Source of the DNA: a virus
Lineage: Duplodnaviria > Caudoviricetes
IMG/VR virus record: IMGVR_UViG_3300017773_000045
Coordinates: 1-36,311 of that record
Reading direction: 5' to 3' (one strand)
DNA: 36,311 nucleotides
The notes below the pieces were generated by a model, which saw only the letters and a program-made list of their open reading frames with translations, was not told the origin of the DNA and did no database searches. This document shows, in pieces, positions 16,721-27,047 of the stretch. The translations under genes and the position numbers were made by a program. Within the stretch, counting starts at the first letter, position 1, and each line of letters starts with the position of its first letter.

Positions 16721-19700
16721 TTAACTTTCAGTTAACCTTAAATCAAACTGAGATATTACAGTTGTTAATCCATTACCGTTTTGATCTGTGGCTCTTATTT
16801 CTACGTTTATATTTCCTGTTACATACTCTTGGCTGTATTTTCCAACACTTAAACTACATTGATCCTCACTAACTATTAAGCTTAATGCTAATCCTTCTAT
16901 TGCAGTTGCTGGTATAAAGTTACTTACTCCAAACATAGTTGAACTTTTAACAAATAATTCCCAAGAAATACCTTGAAACTTATTTTGGTTGGTTACTTCA
17001 GATCCATTTGTTGCTTTAGATCTAGTAGTGTTTGAACCATCAGCATTATTCCAGCTAGTAGGACCTGGTGCTACTGGCGCACCAGTACCTAAACCTTGTG
17101 TAACGTAGTAAACAGTACCAGGCGCATTAACTCTAGAAGTATTAAATACTGGAGCTGCATTAGTTACAAGCGTAGATATATTAATACTGTATGGTACAGG
17201 TAGTATTGAAAACTGTAGGAAATCAAAAGTAATATTAAAATTAACATTATCTAAACCAGCATCACCAGAGCTGTACATTGGATTAGTTGCTGCTGTTTTT
17301 AATAAATAGGTATTATCACTTCCTTTTTGAGAAACAGTAAATGGTGCTGTAGCAATTGTAGTTCCGTTTTGATAAACAGCGGTGCTTACAGCAAGATTTT
17401 CTGCATTACCATATGTTATTAAATTGCCATTTTGATCTACTAGTTGAAACTCAGCTATAGTAATTGCTGAAGAGTACTGTCTGTCTTCATTAAAACTTAC
17501 AATACCTAAAGGCGAAGTACCAGTTCCACCTGCTAAAGCTGTTACAAATTGCGTTGGTACAGTTAAGTTATCTCTTATTAAAGTGTTTAATTCTTTTACA
17601 GTACCTGATGTACTTGTTTCATAATATATTTCTATATTACTTATGGTGGGATTTGTTTCATATATAGCAGGTAAAGTTTCAGCTTCAGATGAAGGTTTAG
17701 CTATTTGTGAATCTGATCCTAGGTTAAAAGTGTTTTGTATTATGGCTGTAGGTGGATCTGTATCAGCGTTGTATAATCCGTTATAACTACCTCTTCTAAA
17801 TATGTTTTCAAAGTTTCCAATTGATTGTACTTTCATTGTTTGTAATCCTGGGAATACAGGACCTGAAGCAGTTGTAGACAAAGGATAATAAGGTCTAGAT
17901 GTAATAAAAGAACTACTTAACTCAGCTAGTCTAGGTATTAACTCTACATCACTAGTCGAATACTGTTGCTGTACAGGGGTTGTCTCATTTAAAGCTGGTG
18001 GTACTTTATTAGCGTTATCTGTTAATAAAGTAGTAACATTTAAAACACCAGAGCTAGCCTCTGTACTAAAAGTAGCTTCTACACTAGATTCATTTGCGGT
18101 AGCTGCTGCAGTTAATTCAAACTGAGTAAAATTTAAAATATTATTTATATAGTAAGTTTTACCACCTGGCGTAACTACTTTCATACCTTCCAATAAAGGA
18201 AACGTTAAATTTTCTATAGTACCTAAAGCATCTACAGTTGCTATTTTATTGCCACTAACAAAAGTACATGTTAAATCAAATGGCTTAATAACTGGTGATC
18301 CATTTAATAAGCTAGGTAAATAAACATTATAATAATCTTGTTCTAGCTGTTTTACTACTACTTTGTAACTATACCATCCAGTAGTATTACCAGCAGTGAT
18401 AAAATCTACAGATTGTGAAACAGCTGGGTAAACAGCTGGATCTTCTCCACCTTGCGTAACTATATTATATCTATTTACAGAACTAGAAGGATATGGAGCT
18501 ATACCCCATTGAACTACTACCTCATAGTCAATACCTGAAGCTGTCCACTTCATAATATCACCTGGTTGTATTGAATCTCTAGCTCCACCGGTTGGTACTT
18601 CTATAAATTTATTTGTCGTATCAGATGTACTTATAGTAGTCGTAGCTAAAGGATCTTCGTATAAACCTGGATAACCACTAGCATAATTAATTGTCTGAGG
18701 TACTTGCTCGGTAAATAAAACTTTTAATGAATCACCTGGCCAGTTAACAATACCAGAATTAACTACGTTATTGCTAGCTGGACTAGCTGTTAAAGGTTGT
18801 GTTACAGATGGTAAATAACCGTGGAATAGTGTTGACCCAAAAAACGTCTGTGGATCATTTGCAAATGTTCCTGTTTGCAAGATAAAGTTAGTGTCAGTAA
18901 ATCTTGACAATATCACATCAGATGATCTACCATACCTGTCTTGTAATATTAAGCCTACTTGATAAGTTCTATTTTGTTTTAATGTATGATTAGGATATGA
19001 TACATTGCTAAATTTTCCAGGTAAATTAGTACTTATATTATTTGACTGATTTTGTGAAGTACTTCCTGGTGTTAGTTTTCTACCAGCAGAAACGTAAAAC
19101 GCTAAGCTTTCAGGTGACGTGTGTTTATCAAAGAAATTACCTAATATTACTCTATTTCCTGACGATGTTAAAGTTTTAGCGCGAACAGGTACGTTGTCAT
19201 ACACTCTAGTAGTTTCAGAAGATCTAAGAGTTTTAATTGGCTGTTTAGACTGATATACGTATTCTAAAAAATTAGTTGTATTAGAAGTTACAGAAGTGTC
19301 ATTTATGTCAATAGTTTCTGCTACTTTAATACTTAACCCCATAGATTCTTTATATAATATATCTATTTCTTTTACTTTTAAATTATTAGATAAAGTATTT
19401 ATAGCATATTCACAAGGTATTTTTAGTTTAACTTCAGTAATTTCATTTTCCATAAAGTCAACTATAGTATTTTGACCTGCTTTATATTCTTGAGGAATAT
19501 AATTATTATCATCTGACCCTGTACTTTTTTGTCTACCAACTTCTTTTAAAAAATATCCTTTTTGCTTTGGTATAAATACTTCTTGAGTGAAAGGTGCAAT
19601 AACAGAATATTGTCCGTCATCATATCTAAACCTGTATGAAAACCTTACAAACTTATCTTCTAAAAATTTTTGATCTCCTGGAAAATTATAATTATAATAT

Positions 19701-21091
19701 TTATTAGGCCAATGTACACTAACAATATCACCTGCATTTAGTATTTGGTTAGCATTAACACCTGTTAAAGTTCCATTAACAAAACTACTAAGTTCTGATA
19801 CAGTAAAACTTTTATTTGCTGCAGCAGGATCACCAACGCTTGTTATTACATAATACTTGTTAGGGTCTAAACTAGGGTGTGTTATTCTAGCATAACCTAC
19901 TGCCGCTGTACCAGTATTTTTAGGAAAATGATTATTTATTTGAAATGATTCCCAAGTGCCACCACCTACAATTCTTTCTAAGTAATTATAAGGTGATCGC
20001 GTACCATATTGGTATAAAGCTTGTGCATAATTATAATTTCCAGAAGCACTGTTAGTATATACATATCCACCTGCACTAGCGGTAACACTATCAAGTCTAA
20101 GTTTAACTTGATCTTCTCTTAACCAAGGTGAAGCTACGTCTTTTGAATTTTGATCAACAAAATAAATAGTATATCCTAAAGTTGCACCATCTGGATCGTT
20201 TTGAACCGTCATTTGATTACTTAAATCTCTATCAACAAAAACTGCTACAGCAGTTCCACCTGTAAAAGGATCTGTAGGAAGGCTAGTTAACTCTTGCACA
20301 TAGGCTACTTTAAATTCCCATATGTTATTATCGTTTCCTTTTACATATCCTTGTAGTCCAATATTATTTGTTAGAGCTGCTAGCATAGTAGAACTCATTA
20401 CCGCTTTGTCAAATAACAATAAAGGATATATAGAGTCAAAATCTTTATAACCTCCTAGTCTCAAGTCAGTAGCCCCTGTTAAACATCCAGCTTGAGAATA
20501 TTCTTCAAAAAGCTGCATTGGTTTATGAGGATAATACTTAGCTAAAGATACGTGATCTTCGTGAAAGTAATAATTAGGGTCTGACTCAGCGGTTTCAACA
20601 TTTATAATTCTTGGTTGATTTCTATTGTCTGTCCAAAACAACTGATTTTCTATCATCGCTACATCAAGTATAGGACTATTGTAAGAAAAATTTAAAAACC
20701 TACCAGATACTATAGTAGATATAGTGTTAGCTGTTAAATCTGCTACAATTATTTTGTGTGAACTGTTAGGTGAAGCAAATAAAGATATTTGATCTGCTGA
20801 GCTATCTTGAAAGTCAGTTGCGAATATATATACTTTATCAGTATCATTATTTATAAACCAACCAATAAATTGTAGTAAATATACATTTGGTGCTAACGAA
20901 GTATCAGATGTTAATTGATTAAAAAGCAAATTACCTAAAATATTTTCTAATGCTCCTACATCATCAGATTCTGATCTAGAAACAGCAACGTTTTGAGCGT
21001 CTCTATATTCGTCATTACTTAATAGTCTAGCGTCTAAGTCTTTGTTCATCTTAGACTGAGTAAATGTATGATTAAATTTTCTTTGAGTCAT
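16721..21091 (-). CDS. Tail stabilisation / nozzle protein, part 1, with beta-rich insertions (1456 aa)
   Basis: N-terminal KMNKDLDARLL...EYRDAQNV...DVGALENILGN, LFWTDNRNQPRIIN, KFVRFSYRFRYDDGQYS, NRVILGNF and LKQNRTYQVGLILQDRYGR motifs. Confidence 0.75.
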   Translation of the reverse strand: MTQRKFNHTFTQSKMNKDLDARLLSNDEYRDAQNVAVSRSESDDVGALENILGNLLFNQLTSDTSLAPNVYLLQFIGWFINNDTDKVYIFATDFQDSSADQISLFASPNSSHKIIVADLTANTISTIVSGRFLNFSYNSPILDVAMIENQLFWTDNRNQPRIINVETAESDPNYYFHEDHVSLAKYYPHKPMQLFEEYSQAGCLTGATDLRLGGYKDFDSIYPLLLFDKAVMSSTMLAALTNNIGLQGYVKGNDNNIWEFKVAYVQELTSLPTDPFTGGTAVAVFVDRDLSNQMTVQNDPDGATLGYTIYFVDQNSKDVASPWLREDQVKLRLDSVTASAGGYVYTNSASGNYNYAQALYQYGTRSPYNYLERIVGGGTWESFQINNHFPKNTGTAAVGYARITHPSLDPNKYYVITSVGDPAAANKSFTVSELSSFVNGTLTGVNANQILNAGDIVSVHWPNKYYNYNFPGDQKFLEDKFVRFSYRFRYDDGQYSVIAPFTQEVFIPKQKGYFLKEVGRQKSTGSDDNNYIPQEYKAGQNTIVDFMENEITEVKLKIPCEYAINTLSNNLKVKEIDILYKESMGLSIKVAETIDINDTSVTSNTTNFLEYVYQSKQPIKTLRSSETTRVYDNVPVRAKTLTSSGNRVILGNFFDKHTSPESLAFYVSAGRKLTPGSTSQNQSNNISTNLPGKFSNVSYPNHTLKQNRTYQVGLILQDRYGRSSDVILSRFTDTNFILQTGTFANDPQTFFGSTLFHGYLPSVTQPLTASPASNNVVNSGIVNWPGDSLKVLFTEQVPQTINYASGYPGLYEDPLATTTISTSDTTNKFIEVPTGGARDSIQPGDIMKWTASGIDYEVVVQWGIAPYPSSSVNRYNIVTQGGEDPAVYPAVSQSVDFITAGNTTGWYSYKVVVKQLEQDYYNVYLPSLLNGSPVIKPFDLTCTFVSGNKIATVDALGTIENLTFPLLEGMKVVTPGGKTYYINNILNFTQFELTAAATANESSVEATFSTEASSGVLNVTTLLTDNANKVPPALNETTPVQQQYSTSDVELIPRLAELSSSFITSRPYYPLSTTASGPVFPGLQTMKVQSIGNFENIFRRGSYNGLYNADTDPPTAIIQNTFNLGSDSQIAKPSSEAETLPAIYETNPTISNIEIYYETSTSGTVKELNTLIRDNLTVPTQFVTALAGGTGTSPLGIVSFNEDRQYSSAITIAEFQLVDQNGNLITYGNAENLAVSTAVYQNGTTIATAPFTVSQKGSDNTYLLKTAATNPMYSSGDAGLDNVNFNITFDFLQFSILPVPYSINISTLVTNAAPVFNTSRVNAPGTVYYVTQGLGTGAPVAPGPTSWNNADGSNTTRSKATNGSEVTNQNKFQGISWELFVKSSTMFGVSNFIPATAIEGLALSLIVSEDQCSLSVGKYSQEYVTGNINVEIRATDQNGNGLTTVISQFDLRLTES

Positions 21092-21096
21092 TTAAT

Positions 21097-22332
21097 TTAA
21101 TGTTTAATCCATTTAGATTGACCTCTGAACACCTGAACTATTTCATCTAACTTTAACTCAGATAATCTTAATTTAGCGTTTCTTGTTTTAACATATGAAT
21201 CTCTTTTTAAAAAAGCCTTGGTGCCACCATCTACATCATTTCTAGTCATAGCAACTCTGTACAATATCTGAGCATAGAAAGCTTCTTCAGCTAGTTTAGG
21301 TACAATACTATTAAAATCAATACTTAAACCATCAGATATGTAGCTTAATTGTATTACTTGGTTAACTAAACCAGCGCTAAAAGTAAACATACCGGTTCTT
21401 TGATTTATACTAAACCAACCATTTCTTTGTGTAGTTTCAGGATTTAATCCGTATCTACCACCATAAGCTTGTTTCCACCATTGATAATTATAAACACCGC
21501 TATCATCATAAGGGTCGTAATCACCTACAATTTCTCTATCATTTGCATCTTTCCATCGGTCTTCTATAACAGACTGAGATGCGTCTAAGTTGTTTCCGTA
21601 AGAACTCTGTGTAGGCACGCCAGTAGCACCATCAATTATAGGTAATTCTGTTGGATTACCACTTAATCCCCACAGTGGATATATAGTATGCATTATACCT
21701 AACTGATCAGCCCAAGCTACGTTAGTGTAGTTAACATAGTCTCTAGGTATCGGTACGGTTAAATTAGTTGGTACAGTTAACTCTTGTGATTTGTAAGCTT
21801 TTAAAACATCATAAGATAATTCTTGCATAGCTCTTCTAGTGTGAAACAGTATTTGACTTCTACTTATCTTAGTTAGTATTTGACCATCACCTGTATAAGC
21901 TAGTTGAAAATTACTTATAATATCATTTAGTGTTAAGTAGCTGTAACTACCGTAGTTATCACCTGTGGCTATATCAGTTAATTGTATAAAAATAAAATTG
22001 CCGTTAGCAGGAGCTGAGCCCTGTATATTTTTTAATATAATAGTATTGTTGGTAGTGTCAGTTACTGCTACATTTTGAACAGGTACTTGATTACTGTCAG
22101 CAGGTATAGTTGTAGCTGTAGCTAATATATGAACTTTAAAATTACCTGTATCTCTAACTTGCGTACCTGAATTAACATCGTCATAGTTGCTAATTAGTGT
22201 AGTGTTAAAGTCTGGAAAATCCCAAACCAACTGCACGCCACCTGATTTGTTTTCTATAGGACCATATTGTCCTGCGTAATACTGCTGATCATTTTCAGTT
22301 AGTGGAATTGTTGCTGCTGTTTTATTTGGCAT
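21097..22332 (-). CDS. Tail ring / tubular (head-tail adaptor) protein, 411 aa
   Basis: RAMQELSYD, P.DYVNY, LSYISDGL, VPKLAEEA.YA.I and RNAKLRLS motifs. Lies directly upstream of the stabilisation protein. Confidence 0.65.
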   Translation of the reverse strand: MPNKTAATIPLTENDQQYYAGQYGPIENKSGGVQLVWDFPDFNTTLISNYDDVNSGTQVRDTGNFKVHILATATTIPADSNQVPVQNVAVTDTTNNTIILKNIQGSAPANGNFIFIQLTDIATGDNYGSYSYLTLNDIISNFQLAYTGDGQILTKISRSQILFHTRRAMQELSYDVLKAYKSQELTVPTNLTVPIPRDYVNYTNVAWADQLGIMHTIYPLWGLSGNPTELPIIDGATGVPTQSSYGNNLDASQSVIEDRWKDANDREIVGDYDPYDDSGVYNYQWWKQAYGGRYGLNPETTQRNGWFSINQRTGMFTFSAGLVNQVIQLSYISDGLSIDFNSIVPKLAEEAFYAQILYRVAMTRNDVDGGTKAFLKRDSYVKTRNAKLRLSELKLDEIVQVFRGQSKWIKH

Positions 22333-22338
22333 AATTTA

Positions 22339-23085
22339 TTAACTTTGTTCTAGTGAGTCTTGTGCAACTGCAGCTTGAGCAGCTTGTTGTACTATTTCCT
22401 GATCTCTTACTATGACACCAGCGTACATTAATATTTTTAATATAAGTTCAGTTTGATCTACATCTGATATTTCAAAATCAGTAGAACTACCAGAAGCATA
22501 TACATAACCACCTACACTATTTACAGTAAAAGCCCATACTGGATCAGCTGGTTTCTTAACATACTCTATAATATAACTTTGAGCACCTGTACCATTAGTT
22601 GCATTAGCAGCAGCAGTAGCTACGCCTGGTAATATATTTAAAGTATTTCCTTCCAAATAACATATTGGATGACTTCTTGTGGGTGATGTTAACTGAGAAC
22701 GTCTAGCTTGTAAAAACTCATGACGTGATAATTTTTCAACTTCAACTGGAAGTTTAGCACTGTCTGTATATTCTAACATACCAAATCTATGATTATCAGC
22801 AGGTAATGTTGTTTGACCGAATATACCAGATAAAGCTACAGTTGCAGTGGCTTGCGTTTCAAATGTAGCTATTTTTTCTTCTAGCAATTTAACTCTGTTA
22901 GCGTATTCTGTATCGTTACTAGGCTGTCTTAACATTTGATTTAAGTTTTCAAAGTAACTTTCAAATATTTCTAATTGTACTTGCCTACCTAAATTATTAA
23001 ATTCATAAGGTGTTAAGAAGCCTCTTTGTTCTTTATTAAGAATAGTAAGAACAGTAGTATATACAGTGTTTACGTTTATTGCCAT
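22339..23085 (-). CDS. Tail ring / tubular protein (P22 gp4-like adaptor), 248 aa
   Basis: ILNKEQRGFLTPYEFN, LP.D, Y.KKP..P.W, DFEI and IL.YAGV.VRD motifs; synteny. Confidence 0.7.
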   Translation of the reverse strand: MAINVNTVYTTVLTILNKEQRGFLTPYEFNNLGRQVQLEIFESYFENLNQMLRQPSNDTEYANRVKLLEEKIATFETQATATVALSGIFGQTTLPADNHRFGMLEYTDSAKLPVEVEKLSRHEFLQARRSQLTSPTRSHPICYLEGNTLNILPGVATAAANATNGTGAQSYIIEYVKKPADPVWAFTVNSVGGYVYASGSSTDFEISDVDQTELILKILMYAGVIVRDQEIVQQAAQAAVAQDSLEQS

Positions 23086-23096
23086 TTTAATATTTT

Positions 23097-23120
23097 AAAA
23101 AGGGCGGCGTAAACCACCCT
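23097..23120 (-). terminator. Putative rho-independent terminator / 5' hairpin
   Basis: On the minus strand AGGGTGG-TTTACG-CCGCCCT followed by TTTT, in the intergenic gap. Confidence 0.6.
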
Positions 23121-23124
23121 TAAT

Positions 23125-23135
23125 TATAATCACTT
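23125..23135 (-). promoter_or_regulatory. Candidate late-promoter motif AAGTGATTATA (copy 1)
   Basis: Exact 11-mer also present in the intergenic gap at 16687-16697. Confidence 0.4.
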
Positions 23136-23136
23136 G

Positions 23137-23928
23137 TTATTTGAATTTTTTATCTATTGATTTGTAAACTTCCATACCTTCGTCAGTCTTAAACCAAGCG
23201 GCCATAGCTGAATATGGGTTTTCATCAAATGGAATATTCATTAATTTTCTACCATTGCTTTTCCAAGTAAAGCTTCTTTGATCTTGTGAAAGATCTATTA
23301 TTCTTTCTTCTACAGCTCTAATGGCAAAATTTCTAAGAATTACATTTTCATCATTTGCTAAGTTGATAAGTAACTCTGGGTTTCTTTTTGCAAATAATAA
23401 TAAATCTCTTCTAAGTTCTTTAGATGATAAAGAACTAACAGATGATCCAACTTCTACTCTTAATATAGCTTCAGCTTGTTCAATATCCATTTCATAAGCC
23501 ATATTCAGAGCTTGTATTTCATATTGTAAATCTTCAAACTGATCTTCTGCTTCTATTATTGGATCAAATTCTTGAAATATAACACCTTTATGAGGGTGTT
23601 TATCTAAAAATTCTTGTAAATTTCTTTTTTCTTTAGGAACAAATAAATGCCCAGTATTAAACATTATATGCTTTAACGTGGCTGCTCCTTTTTGTTCATC
23701 AACAAATATACTTTTCATATTAGTAGCATATCTCATTTCTCTTTCATATCCTTGCTCTGGATCAAACCATACTAAAGGGTATCTTTTAGAATGTCTACTT
23801 GGTATAGTATATGTTAACGGTGTTTTATTACCTACTAAGTAATAATTTCTATCTTTGTATTCCCAGTTATCTACTGGTTTAGCTTCAGCTTTTTTTACTG
23901 GAGCCTTTTTTGTTTTTGTTTCTTCCAT
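23137..23928 (-). CDS. Conserved phage structural / head-associated protein, 263 aa
   Basis: Intact ORF between the capsid and ring genes. REMRYATN...F..G.LFVP...NLQ.FL..HP pattern is typical of the gene following the MCP in this phage group (recalled). Confidence 0.6.
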   Translation of the reverse strand: MEETKTKKAPVKKAEAKPVDNWEYKDRNYYLVGNKTPLTYTIPSRHSKRYPLVWFDPEQGYEREMRYATNMKSIFVDEQKGAATLKHIMFNTGHLFVPKEKRNLQEFLDKHPHKGVIFQEFDPIIEAEDQFEDLQYEIQALNMAYEMDIEQAEAILRVEVGSSVSSLSSKELRRDLLLFAKRNPELLINLANDENVILRNFAIRAVEERIIDLSQDQRSFTWKSNGRKLMNIPFDENPYSAMAAWFKTDEGMEVYKSIDKKFK

Positions 23929-23950
23929 AATATAATATAATATAATAATT

Positions 23951-23978
23951 AAAAAAGACCCCGCCGAAGCGGGATCTT
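23951..23978 (-). terminator. Rho-independent terminator after the capsid genes
   Basis: Minus strand AAGATCCCGC-TTCG-GCGGGGTCTT-TTTT: GC-rich stem, cUUCGg tetraloop and U-tract. Confidence 0.9.
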
Positions 23979-23992
23979 AAATATAACCTTAA

Positions 23993-24346
23993 TTATGATA
24001 AAGCTGATGAAAGCTTTAACGTAATAACCGGTGTAATTGTTCCTACTAGTACTCCAGTAGAAGTTACTTTTTGTTCAACAATTGGTCCAACTAAAGCTGG
24101 TCCACTTGTTCCCATTGCAAGACCAAATGCACTTGCAAATTCCTCTAAGTATTCTGCCTCAGTCTTAGTGAAAGAGTTAGAACCACCTTTAGTATAGACA
24201 ACATTAGCTTTAGCTAATTTACTTGATCCCATATCTAAAGCATAGAGAACATCAATTGTAAGTGTGTTACTTGATATTACTGCTGTAAGTTGTAGTATGC
24301 CTTCGGCTTGTACAACTTTATTTGTAGTTAATTTTACTAAACCCAT
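23993..24346 (-). CDS. Hypothetical protein, possible capsid decoration / auxiliary capsid protein, 117 aa
   Basis: Lies between the MCP and its terminator, so it would be co-expressed at high level. Small-residue, beta-strand-like composition. Confidence 0.5.
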   Translation of the reverse strand: MGLVKLTTNKVVQAEGILQLTAVISSNTLTIDVLYALDMGSSKLAKANVVYTKGGSNSFTKTEAEYLEEFASAFGLAMGTSGPALVGPIVEQKVTSTGVLVGTITPVITLKLSSALS

Positions 24347-24376
24347 AATTTCTATATTTTAAATGTTAATAAATAA

Positions 24377-25855
24377 TTAAGCTCCTTTGAATAACACGAA
24401 GTTATTAGCGGCTTGTGTAATTAAACATCTTTCAGATAAGAAATTAACTCTCATTGTATCTAAATCAGTAGTGTAAGCACCACCAACAGATCCAGTGATC
24501 CATGCTTTGAATCTTCGATCTTCAGTTTCAGAAGCTCTATATCTTACGTGTAAGAAAGGACGTCTGATATTTGATCCTAACATTTGGTCATATACTGTAG
24601 ATGTACCAGCAGGTATCATAACACCATCAATAGCGTTAGACATACCTCTTGTAGTAGCATCATTTAAGTATTTCCAGTCAGTTTTATAGAAGTCATAAGA
24701 ACCTCTTCTAAAACCAGAGAAACCAAAGTTAAGAGCCATTTCAGCTTCGTTATCAAATAAACCGTAAGAAGCAGCGTTGTTTGAAGCGTAACCACCATTT
24801 GTAGCAGCTAACATATCATCAAAATCAAGAGCAGTTTGTCTTGATAAAAATAACATGTTTTCTTCAATAGCACCTTGCTTATCTAGTTGCTTTAAGATCT
24901 CATCGAAATCTCCTAATGCACCTGAACCAGGAGCAGCAGCACCAGCAAAACCAGAGTATACATTACCTCTTGCTTCGATAGCAGCAAATAAACCTTCAGA
25001 ACCTTTGATGTTTTGAGCAGCACCACCTGGTCCAAAATTAGCACCAAAAGCTACTGTGTTAGCTTGAAGTTCACCTTCAACCATAGCCATTTCTAAGTAA
25101 TCTTCAAATCTTAATCTTGTTTCAGACTCAGACTTTAGATACCATAAATAACCAGATGTTCCGTCTTCAGTAGCAACTTCGATCCAACCTATTTGAGCGG
25201 TATCAGATCCACTTAATTCATAGTTATCTTTTAAGATAATTGGTGAATTAAAGTATCTTGTGAAACCTGGCTCAATAGCTCCAGCCATTCCGTTACTTCC
25301 TTTTGGAAATTCAGATCCATATACGAATACACTACAAGTACCTCCAGTAATAGCGGCAGGTGCACCAGCAGCATTTGTTTCGTATAAAATACAATCAATT
25401 GTATAACCGTTAGTAGTTACACCAGAAGTTCTATCAGTTACTAAAGCTTTAGCAGAAGATAAACCTGTAGCGTTATCAGTAATTAAGATAGTGTTACCAT
25501 CTCTAATTGCTGAAGTAGCTGGGTTATCTGCACCAGGCGTAATAGTAATTGTAATACTTGAACCAGCGTTAGCTGCTACAGCACAATTATCATATGCAAT
25601 GTGTAATCTATTTTGTTCAGACCAAATTACTTGATCCGATGTCATTGGCATTTCAGCGCCAACCATTCGTAGGAAACCAGCTAATGTTCTGTTTCCATAT
25701 CTTTCTACCTCTTGCTCATATAGCTCAGGTAGATATTGTTGTGCCCATGTATCAAAGTTTGCGTCAGCAAAATCAATATAGTTATCTTGTACGGTAACTT
25801 GATTTGGCATTGGCGTAATTGATGCAGGGAACGAACCTCCTGTTGTAAAACTCAT
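24377..25855 (-). CDS. Major capsid protein, 492 aa
   Basis: Follows portal and scaffold, precedes a strong terminator. QQYLPELYEQEVERYGNRT, WYLKSE.ETRLRFEDYLE, G.EGLFAAIE.RGN, LNFGFSGFRRGSYDFYK and FLSERCL motifs. Confidence 0.88.
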   Translation of the reverse strand: MSFTTGGSFPASITPMPNQVTVQDNYIDFADANFDTWAQQYLPELYEQEVERYGNRTLAGFLRMVGAEMPMTSDQVIWSEQNRLHIAYDNCAVAANAGSSITITITPGADNPATSAIRDGNTILITDNATGLSSAKALVTDRTSGVTTNGYTIDCILYETNAAGAPAAITGGTCSVFVYGSEFPKGSNGMAGAIEPGFTRYFNSPIILKDNYELSGSDTAQIGWIEVATEDGTSGYLWYLKSESETRLRFEDYLEMAMVEGELQANTVAFGANFGPGGAAQNIKGSEGLFAAIEARGNVYSGFAGAAAPGSGALGDFDEILKQLDKQGAIEENMLFLSRQTALDFDDMLAATNGGYASNNAASYGLFDNEAEMALNFGFSGFRRGSYDFYKTDWKYLNDATTRGMSNAIDGVMIPAGTSTVYDQMLGSNIRRPFLHVRYRASETEDRRFKAWITGSVGGAYTTDLDTMRVNFLSERCLITQAANNFVLFKGA

Positions 25856-25871
25856 GTTTTATTTTTTTTTA

Positions 25872-27047
25872 TTATGATTTTTTCTTAATTTTCAACCTAG
25901 AACTATCAACTCCAGTAATTGCTCTTACTTTCCAGCCATTAGGCATAGTAGCTTCAGAAGCCACTGGTTTTACCTCGTTATTAATGTTTTTAGATTTTGC
26001 TATAACATCTCTAGTTGCATCGGCTTTGCCTTGCTCGTAAAAGTGCTGCGCTAATCTATCTGCATTTCTAGCTGCGTAAATAGCTTTATGATAATCTTCC
26101 ATATTGGTTATGTTTCCTTCTTTGTCAGTAAATTTACTAATAAATTTAGAAACATCCGTTTGTGAGTTTATCATTTCTTGTGGGTTTGAAACACTGTATC
26201 TAAAAGCTTTTTCTCCAACATTAAATTCAAAACCTTTGAATTGTTCTTGAAAAAAACTTTTTGTATTGTTTACAAACTCATTTCTTTTTTCTGTTATTTG
26301 TTGTTGTTCTTGGTTGTATCGTTGGAAAAAGTCCATAGCTTTTTTCTGCTCATTAGTAACAGATGGCCTCAACTTGATTTCATCATAATATTTACTTTTC
26401 ATTTGCTCTAAAAAGTTCTTGGCTTTCGCAACTTCTTCTTTGTATGCAAGCTTTTGCTTACGTACAAATCTTTCTTCGTCCGCTTCTTCATCAAAAGCAA
26501 AGTTATCTTCCATAACAAAAGTAACTTCTTCATCTGTAAGATGCGGTCTAGTCTTTTTATAATATTCTCTAACAAGTAGTTTATCGTCATACTTGTTATA
26601 ATCTTTATTTAAAGTAACATAATCTTCTACAGTTCCACCTGTATCTTTCATGAATGTTACTAGCTTTTCTACGTTTTCAGGTAATTCAACACCTGTAACT
26701 CTTTCATCTCTTATAGCTTCTTGAGCTTTTTTCTCTAACTCTTTAGCTTCTTCTTTTACTGGCTTTTCATTTATTACCTCGAGTTCTTTGTTCTCATCTT
26801 TGTTTTCGACCTTTTTGGTAATTTCTTCAAGTCTTGGCTCGGATGTTCTCTCCTCCACTTTTTCCACATCTTTGGTTTGTTTATTCTCATCCACGACTCC
26901 TGTGCTTTGCTTTGGAACGGCATCTTCTTTTATTTCTAGTTTAGTTACTTTTTTTTCCTGTGTTAACTTTTTAGGTCTACCAGGTTTTCTTTTCATTGTG
27001 AGAGGTTGTTTTGAATCCACCTCTGCCTCTGTTTTTACTTTTGACAT
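25872..27047 (-). CDS. Putative capsid scaffolding protein, 391 aa
   Basis: Located between portal and MCP. Highly charged Glu/Lys low-complexity N-terminus, helical core, A.HFYEQGKADA motif. Confidence 0.7.
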   Translation of the reverse strand: MSKVKTEAEVDSKQPLTMKRKPGRPKKLTQEKKVTKLEIKEDAVPKQSTGVVDENKQTKDVEKVEERTSEPRLEEITKKVENKDENKELEVINEKPVKEEAKELEKKAQEAIRDERVTGVELPENVEKLVTFMKDTGGTVEDYVTLNKDYNKYDDKLLVREYYKKTRPHLTDEEVTFVMEDNFAFDEEADEERFVRKQKLAYKEEVAKAKNFLEQMKSKYYDEIKLRPSVTNEQKKAMDFFQRYNQEQQQITEKRNEFVNNTKSFFQEQFKGFEFNVGEKAFRYSVSNPQEMINSQTDVSKFISKFTDKEGNITNMEDYHKAIYAARNADRLAQHFYEQGKADATRDVIAKSKNINNEVKPVASEATMPNGWKVRAITGVDSSRLKIKKKS

